64,000 nucleotides of DNA, taken from IMG/VR virus record IMGVR_UViG_3300020455_000006, positions 32,001 through 96,000 of that record. One strand, given 5' to 3'. A program made the translations under genes and the position numbers. Positions 56,990-64,000 of the stretch are shown here, piece by piece. The notes below the pieces were generated by a model. The model saw only the letters and a program-made list of their open reading frames with translations. It was not told the DNA's origin and searched no databases. The stretch comes from a virus. How positions within the stretch are numbered: position 1 is the stretch's first letter; every line of letters starts with the position of its first letter.

Positions 56990-59900
56990 ATGCCACAGAA
57001 CACCAACCTAAACGTCAGTCCATATTTTGATGACTTTGACTCAGCAAAAAACTTTAGCAGAGTCTTATTCAAACCTGGCACACCAGTTCAAGCAAGAGAA
57101 CTAACCACACTACAGTCTATCCTACAAGGACAGATTGAGAAGTTTGGTAAGCATGTTTTCAAAGAGGGATCAATGGTGATTCCTGGTAAATTCAACTACG
57201 ATCCAGCATATACGTTTGTCAAAATTGAGTCTACATTTTTTGGTGTTCCTGTAGAATCATATTACGATAAACTTATTGGTCTTAGAATAAAGGGAAAAGA
57301 ATCTGGTGTCAAGGCAAAAGTTCTTCAAGTATTATCTTCAATCGAATCAGTAACAAATAGTACAACTTTATACATCAAGTTTGAAAGTACTTCTGATGAT
57401 TTACAAAATCAATATTTTGCTGATGGTGAAAATTTAGTTACTCTTACAGATTTCACATACGGATCTACCACCATTACAAGTGGAAGTGATTTTGCTACTT
57501 GTATTCTTTCTAATGCCACTGGTACATCTAGTGCATTTACAATGAATAGAGGTGTATATTTTGCCCGTGGTGCATTTGTGGAGGTACAAAATGAAACGCT
57601 TATTCTTGATCAGTATTCCAACTCTCCCTCATACAGAGTAGGTTTCTTTGTCAACGAGGATCTTGTCACTGCTGTTGATGATAATAGTCTATACGATAAT
57701 GCTGCTGGATTCTCCAATTTTACTGCTCCAGGTGCTGATAGACTCAAGATTAGTTTATCACTTACTAAGAAAGGTCTAACAGATTTTCAAGATGAAAACT
57801 TTATTGAGTTGTTTAGAACTGATGAAGGTGAAACAAAACTAATTGTAGATAGAACTGTATATAATCATCTTGCTGATGAATTTGCCAGAAGAACCTATGA
57901 TGAAAGTGGTAATTACTTTGTAACTAAGTTCGATTTGGAAGCGAAAGAATCATTGAATGATAGGTTTGATTATTTTGGAACATACTATGGTAATCAAAAA
58001 ACAGAAGAAGGTAATAGTCCAAGTAAAGATCTATTGAACATAAGAGTAGGTCCAGGTAAAGCATACGTAAGAGGTTTTGAGGTACAAACATCTGGTCACG
58101 CTTACTTAGATGTAAAGAAACCAAGAACCACACAAGAAATTGAAAACTCTGCAGTTCCATTTCAAGCAGGTAATAGACTAAGAGTCAATAATGTATTGAG
58201 TGCAGCAAGAATAAATCTTGCTGCTGCTACTTCCGATTATGTTGATCTTAGAAGTGCTAGATTAGGATCTACTAAATCATCTGCTGCAGGTAGTAGTATA
58301 GGAAGAGCAAGGATATATGATTACAAACTTCAAAACGCTGGATATACAGGTGATACATCAGTATATGAATTATATTTGATGGACATCCAGACAGATACGC
58401 AGTTAGTTCTTAATCAAGCACATACTATAAATGTTCCTGCAATTGTTGAAGGTGCATCAAGTGGTGCTAAAGGTTACATAAGAAGTGCTGTCAGTAATTC
58501 TACAACAGTTACCTTGAATCAAACACAAGGTAAGTTTATTATTGATGAAGCAATCATCATCAATGGTGTTCAAGATGGTAGAATAATTACCTCTGTGACT
58601 GAGTATGACCTTGCGGATGTAAAATCAGTAAGATCGACTGCAGCAAGTAGAACTTTTGCTGCTGATGTGGTATTAGAAACTAAAAAAGATTTCGGTGGAA
58701 GATCGTTTAGTATTACGAATGGGGGTGCGGTAACAAGTGGTACAACTGGTTGGGTACCTGAGTTCAAAGTTGGTGATGTAGTTTCATATAAGATAGCTGC
58801 TAATAATGACATCACATATAATGTGGTTGATGCTATAAGCACATCTGGTAATACCATAACTCTTGTCGCTGCACCTGATACTGTTTCTGGAGTATGTCAC
58901 AAGGCATTACCAAGTTCCACTGTTACTGTAAGTGGTTTGCAAATATTGTCATCTAAGATAAAAGAATCTACAGCTGGGTTCTTGTATGCACAGATGCCCA
59001 ATACCAACATAGAGTCAGTTGACTTGACAGATTCAACTCTCTTCTTGAGAAAGGAAGATACTTCTCAGAGTACTGATGGTAATGGTCAATTAACTCTTCC
59101 TTCATTGACTGGAACTGATTTAGTGTATGCTCCATTTGATGAAGAGAGATATAATGTAACTTATAATGATGGATCAGTACAAGCACTTACATCTGATCAA
59201 GTTGTTATTGCTGCTGGTAGTAAATCAGTTACAATTTCTGGATTGACAGCAAGTCAATCAGGTAATGTTGTAGTACAAAGTACACATCAAAAGAGTAAGG
59301 TAAAATCAAAGCAAAAGTCTCTTACAAGAAATGCAATTACACTTATAACAAAATCAAATAGATCATATTCTGGTGTAAGTTCATCAATCACTGATGGTCT
59401 AACACCAAGTGATGTATTTGGTCTTAGAGTTCAAGATAGAGAAATATCTCTTGGAGTACCTGATGTTGTCAGAGTGACTGCAGTATTTGAATCTTCAGGA
59501 TCTGGTGCCCCAACAGTTCCCACTCTAACTTTAGCATCCTTCAACGGACCTGCAGGTAATAACTCAGATCTTGTTATTGGTGAAGTCGGTGTAGGTAAGA
59601 GTTCTGGTGCTTCTGCACTTATTCTTGATAGAAAAGCTGCAAACAAAGTGGAGGTTATTTTTACAAATGGCAATAAGTTCCAAGATACTGAAGAAGTTAC
59701 GTTCTCAGAGAGTGGCGTTACTGCAAATCTTTCTTCTTCTTCTGCTGGTGATCCTAACATCAGAAACAATTTTATTCTGGATTCAGGTCAGCGAGCTGAA
59801 TTTTATGATTTTGGTAGATTAGTAAGAAAAGCAAACTTCCCAGAACCACAGGGTCAACTGAAGGTTTACTTTGATCATTATGTTATAAACTCAGAAGACT

Positions 59901-62900
59901 CTGGTGATATACTTACTGCAAGTAGTTATCCACAGCAATATTACGATATCTCACCAGCATTTGAAGATATTAGAAACGTTGATACTATTGATGCACGACC
60001 AAGAGTCGCTCCATATTCGGGTTCAAGGTGCCCATTTGAATTTGATGCAAGAGATTTTAGTGCAGGTGGTCAATCAGCATCTGTATTAGTTTCTGATGAG
60101 AATATAACTTTTGATTATAATTTCTATCTTGGTAGAATTGATAGATTATATGTCAATAGGGATGCAACATTCACAATAAAGGAAGGTGTACCTGCTGAGA
60201 ATCCAGTAGAACCAGATCCAATAAATGAGTCATTTGAATTAGCAAGAATTGAATATGCACCTTACGTTTATAACGCAACAAAGGATGTCAAGTTAGAATT
60301 CCGTGCCAATAAACGCTATACTATGAAGGATATTGGTAAGTTAGAAACTAGAATAGCAAACGTAGAAGAAGTAACAGCACTATCATTACTAGAATCGAAG
60401 ACAGAAAGTCTTGTGATAAAAGACCCTGCCACAGGTTTAGATAGATTCAAGAATGGTTTTGTTGTTGACCCATTCAATTCATTTGAAGTAGCTGATAAAA
60501 CAATTGATTCACTCAAATATGATATCAAAGAAGGTAAGTTAGTAGCAAGAAAATTCCATGATAGTATTGATCTTCTTCTAGGATCAGAGTCAATTGTTGG
60601 AACAAATGGTGCTGCAGACCCTACTGTAGACGCTCGTTTTACTGATGATCTAGGTTCTCCTAATATTAGAAAGACTGGTGATTATGTAACTCTAGATTAT
60701 AATGAGGTTGTAGATAGAGAACAACCATTCGCAACAAGAGTTGAGAGTGTAAACCCTTATGCTTTCAGAGATTGGGGTGGTGTAATGACACTCAATCCAG
60801 ACTCAGATATATTTGTCAATAGAGTATTCTTTACTGAAGATGGTGGAATAGGATTTAGTAATGACTTTATTTCTGAGACAGAACCTGTTCCTCTAATGAG
60901 AGAGCAGAACATTGCTTTCACAGCGTCAAGATTGAAACCCAATACTAATATGTTGACATATTGGTCTGGTATTGACATGATTGAAAACAATGTACGCACC
61001 ATACCAAAACTTCTAGAAGTTACTCCGATACAGGGTGCTTTCCAAATAGGTGAAACTGTACGTGGACTAGCGATGTCTACACAAAATAATAGTCAGAGTG
61101 CTGACATTAGATTCCGTGTATGTCAACCTAATCATAAGTTTGGTCCGTTCAATGATCCAATAATTACATATCCATCTAATCCATATACTCCATCTCTAGG
61201 CATATCATCTTCTTATACAGAAACTTCTACTATCCTCAATGTAGATATGGATAGTTTGAATCAAAAATCTGATGGAAATTACTTTGGATTCGTAACAACA
61301 GGAATGAGACTTGTTGGTGAAACAAGTGGTGCAGAGGCAGACATAACTCAAATAAGACTTATTTCTGATGAGTTTGGTGCACTTCTAGGTTGCTATTATA
61401 TTCCAGAGGGAACATTCCAAAATGGTACTAACACTGCTTCTGTAACAAGCATAAGACCACAAGATGTAATAACAGGTCAAAACTTCACATCTGCAGGTGC
61501 AGATCATTTCTCTGAAGGGTTTGAGGTCACTGAGACAACAATTACTAGAGTAGAACCAGCACCTCCTGTAATTCCACCTCCTGTCATTATTCATCATACA
61601 GAGGTTATTGAGAGAACTACTGAAAGAGTTATTGTTCAACCTGCTAGAGAAAATGATGATGATCCATTAGCACAAAGTTTCTATGTTGAAGAAGATACAG
61701 GTATATTCTTGACATCTGTAGATTTCTACTTCCTAACAAAATCTGAATCATTACCAGTTGATGTGAGGATAGTATCTGTGGAGAATGGATATCCAACCAC
61801 TAAAGTTTTGAAACATGCGAGAGTCATTTTGACTCCTGATCAGGTAAATGTATCAACAGATGGTACAGTTCCTACAAACTTCAAATTTACTAATCCAGTA
61901 TATTGTGTGAAAGGTGAGTATGCATTTGTGATTGGATCTGCTGATGCAGACTATCAGGCATGGATATGTCAGATAGGTGAAGAAGATATATCAACTTCTG
62001 CTTCTCCCGAATTAGGTAAGATCATCGTATCAAAACAACCTACTCAGGGTTCATTATTCAAAGGTCAAAATGGATCTACTTGGACTGCTTCTCAGTTAGA
62101 AGATCTCAAGTACATAGCATATAAGGCAGAGTTCACAACAGAGGTTGGAACACTAAGATTCTTCAATCCTGATTTGGGGACTAATGCATCTAGAAATAGA
62201 TTGGCACCAAATCCAATTGAAACATTCTCTAAGAGAGTAACTGTAGGATTGAACTCATCTATAGTTGGTGGTTCTGGTTCTGTAGTACATGTGGGATCAC
62301 AAGTCAAACAGAACAACACCAGTTCAACTGGTTTTGTATCTAATCTTCTTGCACACATTGGTGGTGGTAATTCTGGAACCTCACTTCTTATTACAAATGA
62401 GGGTACAGGATATGAAGATGGTACTGCTCAAGCAATCTCTTTCAATGCTGTGACAGGTAATGGAACTGGTGCAACTGGTATTGCCACAGTTTCTGGTGGA
62501 GTTATTACACAAATTACAGTCAACAGCACTGGATCAGGATATAGAGTTGGAGATACTCTGACTGGTGCGATTGGTGCTAGAGGTTTAGGAAAGAACTTAT
62601 TAGTAACTGTTGGTGTAACAACAGGTGTGAACGCTATTGAACTTACAAATGTTTCTGGAACTGATTTCAACACAACTGATTTGATACAAGTTCAAGATAC
62701 TAATCTTGGTTATGGAGTTACAATACCAAGCATAATTCCAGCATCAGTAACAACTAATAGTGGTAAATTTGATGGTAAGCACTTCAGGGTTACCCATGCA
62801 AATCATAACTTACACTCTGGTCAAAACAGGGTTGCCATCTCAGGTATTACTGGAGACGCTGTTCCTACAACATTGACAGTGGGATATGCAGTCATTGATA

Positions 62901-64000
62901 CAAGTCAAATCAGTGTTGGTAGTAGTTTAGGATTCAACTTCTTTGAGGGTTCACAGGTTACTGCAAGTAATCCTGGTTATGCCTTAATTGGAGAGGAGAT
63001 AATAAGTTACACAGAGATTGGTAACAATACATTAAGTGGTAGTATAACCAGAGGTATTGATAATACATTTACACGTACATATATTGTAGGTGATCCAATA
63101 CAAAAGTATGAATTATCTGGTGTATCTCTAAGAAAAATTAATACAGAGCACAGTCTTGCTGATGTGTCTAGTAATATTGTTGGTAAGATAACTCTTGATG
63201 ACTATCATGCTAGAATCACGGGTGATGTTTTATTCAATAGAGACAAGCATGGTGGTGGAGAATCTGGTAAAGGTTCATCTAATATTCAATTTGAATCAAT
63301 TGAACCAACACTAAACTTCAGTTCTCCTGAAAATACTAAGGTTGAAGCAAATCTAAGAACATGTAGTGGAACAAGTATTGGTGGCAATGAAACCTCATTT
63401 ATTGATAAAGGTTATGCACCACTATCTCTTACTAAAGAAACAAAATACAAAGCACCTAGATTAGTTGCATCTCTTGTCAATGAGGCAAATCAGAATGCAT
63501 TGAAACAATTACCTGGCGGTAAATCACTTACAATGGATGTTGCATTGAGCACATCAGATAAGAATGTATCTCCTGTTGTCAATGTATTCAACAGTTCATT
63601 GAATACTAAATCATCAAGAGTTAACAGACCTGTTGGAAATTACATTAGTGACAGAAGATCTAACTTACTTGAAGATCCTCATGATCAGGCATATGTTACT
63701 AAACTAATCAAACTAGAAAACCCTGCTACAAGTCTCAAAGTTATATTTGGTGCAAATGTAACTGGATCTGGTGATGTTAGAGTATTGTATAGATTACAAA
63801 GAGTTGATGGTGGTGGTGAAACTGACAAAGTGTTTGAGTTGATGCCTGGTTTTGAAAACTTAGACTCTGGTGGATTCCTAATAAATGGTAAGAATAATAA
63901 TGGTAAATCTGACAGAAAGATACCTGCAAGTTTAGAAGGTCAGTTCAATGACTATACATTTACTGCAGAAAACTTACCTACTTACAATGGATTCCAAGTC
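56990..64000 (+). CDS. VrlC-like (DUF4815) large virion structural protein, 3' truncated
   Basis: Not in the ORF track (no stop in the window). MPQNTNLNVSPYFDDF..LFKPG.PVQARELTTLQS, APGADRLK, RYTMKDIG.LE.RI, DRFKNGF.VD, DPLAQSF. The last codon (63998-64000) is in frame with ATG 56990. Confidence 0.85.
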   Translation, partial: MPQNTNLNVSPYFDDFDSAKNFSRVLFKPGTPVQARELTTLQSILQGQIEKFGKHVFKEGSMVIPGKFNYDPAYTFVKIESTFFGVPVESYYDKLIGLRIKGKESGVKAKVLQVLSSIESVTNSTTLYIKFESTSDDLQNQYFADGENLVTLTDFTYGSTTITSGSDFATCILSNATGTSSAFTMNRGVYFARGAFVEVQNETLILDQYSNSPSYRVGFFVNEDLVTAVDDNSLYDNAAGFSNFTAPGADRLKISLSLTKKGLTDFQDENFIELFRTDEGETKLIVDRTVYNHLADEFARRTYDESGNYFVTKFDLEAKESLNDRFDYFGTYYGNQKTEEGNSPSKDLLNIRVGPGKAYVRGFEVQTSGHAYLDVKKPRTTQEIENSAVPFQAGNRLRVNNVLSAARINLAAATSDYVDLRSARLGSTKSSAAGSSIGRARIYDYKLQNAGYTGDTSVYELYLMDIQTDTQLVLNQAHTINVPAIVEGASSGAKGYIRSAVSNSTTVTLNQTQGKFIIDEAIIINGVQDGRIITSVTEYDLADVKSVRSTAASRTFAADVVLETKKDFGGRSFSITNGGAVTSGTTGWVPEFKVGDVVSYKIAANNDITYNVVDAISTSGNTITLVAAPDTVSGVCHKALPSSTVTVSGLQILSSKIKESTAGFLYAQMPNTNIESVDLTDSTLFLRKEDTSQSTDGNGQLTLPSLTGTDLVYAPFDEERYNVTYNDGSVQALTSDQVVIAAGSKSVTISGLTASQSGNVVVQSTHQKSKVKSKQKSLTRNAITLITKSNRSYSGVSSSITDGLTPSDVFGLRVQDREISLGVPDVVRVTAVFESSGSGAPTVPTLTLASFNGPAGNNSDLVIGEVGVGKSSGASALILDRKAANKVEVIFTNGNKFQDTEEVTFSESGVTANLSSSSAGDPNIRNNFILDSGQRAEFYDFGRLVRKANFPEPQGQLKVYFDHYVINSEDSGDILTASSYPQQYYDISPAFEDIRNVDTIDARPRVAPYSGSRCPFEFDARDFSAGGQSASVLVSDENITFDYNFYLGRIDRLYVNRDATFTIKEGVPAENPVEPDPINESFELARIEYAPYVYNATKDVKLEFRANKRYTMKDIGKLETRIANVEEVTALSLLESKTESLVIKDPATGLDRFKNGFVVDPFNSFEVADKTIDSLKYDIKEGKLVARKFHDSIDLLLGSESIVGTNGAADPTVDARFTDDLGSPNIRKTGDYVTLDYNEVVDREQPFATRVESVNPYAFRDWGGVMTLNPDSDIFVNRVFFTEDGGIGFSNDFISETEPVPLMREQNIAFTASRLKPNTNMLTYWSGIDMIENNVRTIPKLLEVTPIQGAFQIGETVRGLAMSTQNNSQSADIRFRVCQPNHKFGPFNDPIITYPSNPYTPSLGISSSYTETSTILNVDMDSLNQKSDGNYFGFVTTGMRLVGETSGAEADITQIRLISDEFGALLGCYYIPEGTFQNGTNTASVTSIRPQDVITGQNFTSAGADHFSEGFEVTETTITRVEPAPPVIPPPVIIHHTEVIERTTERVIVQPARENDDDPLAQSFYVEEDTGIFLTSVDFYFLTKSESLPVDVRIVSVENGYPTTKVLKHARVILTPDQVNVSTDGTVPTNFKFTNPVYCVKGEYAFVIGSADADYQAWICQIGEEDISTSASPELGKIIVSKQPTQGSLFKGQNGSTWTASQLEDLKYIAYKAEFTTEVGTLRFFNPDLGTNASRNRLAPNPIETFSKRVTVGLNSSIVGGSGSVVHVGSQVKQNNTSSTGFVSNLLAHIGGGNSGTSLLITNEGTGYEDGTAQAISFNAVTGNGTGATGIATVSGGVITQITVNSTGSGYRVGDTLTGAIGARGLGKNLLVTVGVTTGVNAIELTNVSGTDFNTTDLIQVQDTNLGYGVTIPSIIPASVTTNSGKFDGKHFRVTHANHNLHSGQNRVAISGITGDAVPTTLTVGYAVIDTSQISVGSSLGFNFFEGSQVTASNPGYALIGEEIISYTEIGNNTLSGSITRGIDNTFTRTYIVGDPIQKYELSGVSLRKINTEHSLADVSSNIVGKITLDDYHARITGDVLFNRDKHGGGESGKGSSNIQFESIEPTLNFSSPENTKVEANLRTCSGTSIGGNETSFIDKGYAPLSLTKETKYKAPRLVASLVNEANQNALKQLPGGKSLTMDVALSTSDKNVSPVVNVFNSSLNTKSSRVNRPVGNYISDRRSNLLEDPHDQAYVTKLIKLENPATSLKVIFGANVTGSGDVRVLYRLQRVDGGGETDKVFELMPGFENLDSGGFLINGKNNNGKSDRKIPASLEGQFNDYTFTAENLPTYNGFQV

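Noticed and set aside
57924-62673. Short ORFs listed in 57-63 kb
   Set aside because: Shadows of one long + strand gene from 56990 that has no stop within the window.
1-64000. Diversity-generating retroelement or invertase-driven fibre switching
   Set aside because: No reverse transcriptase or recombinase ORF seen; the shared fibre C-termini differ at all base types, not only adenines; no long terminal inverted repeats found by eye.
1-64000. tRNA/rRNA genes, introns, alternative genetic code
   Set aside because: No cloverleaf or T-loop signatures noticed in intergenic gaps; conserved genes read through intact in the standard code.

Overview
AT-rich segment of a large T4-like cyanomyovirus (Kyanoviridae-type; marine Prochlorococcus/Synechococcus host inferred). 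Layout: (i) 1-11.5 kb, tail-fibre and virion genes behind late ATAAATA promoters. (ii) 11.5-14.9 kb, an inverted four-gene sugar-nucleotide cassette (KdsB-like, SIS-HAD fusion). (iii) 14.9-29.1 kb, the early region: CobT-like VWA/peptidase plus CobS/MoxR ATPase, an apparently complete type II R-M module (PvuII-like nuclease and two beta-class MTases), and about 25 small ORFs behind about 12 copies of a dyad early-promoter element. It ends in a roughly 1.5-kb mostly non-coding control locus. (iv) 29.2-41.5 kb, a glycan-decoration island (7 SGNH-like and 3 sulfotransferase-like paralogs, carbamoyltransferase, radical SAM, kinase-like, GT-like, HNH) containing a manA-type ncRNA. (v) 41.6-64 kb, baseplate genes gp25, gp6, gp7, a structural gene, gp8 and a VrlC-like gene running off the end. 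The most striking unexplained signal is at 27830-29078: 11 exact GTA-N8-TAC boxes (the cyanobacterial NtcA consensus), 10 of them within 660 bp. Some are arranged as a 41-bp inverted repeat around a candidate sRNA, and they flank a winged-helix gene. This is a candidate nitrogen-sensing switch or NtcA decoy, or else an origin/packaging locus. All assignments come from reading motifs by eye and from recalled family knowledge; no searches were run.
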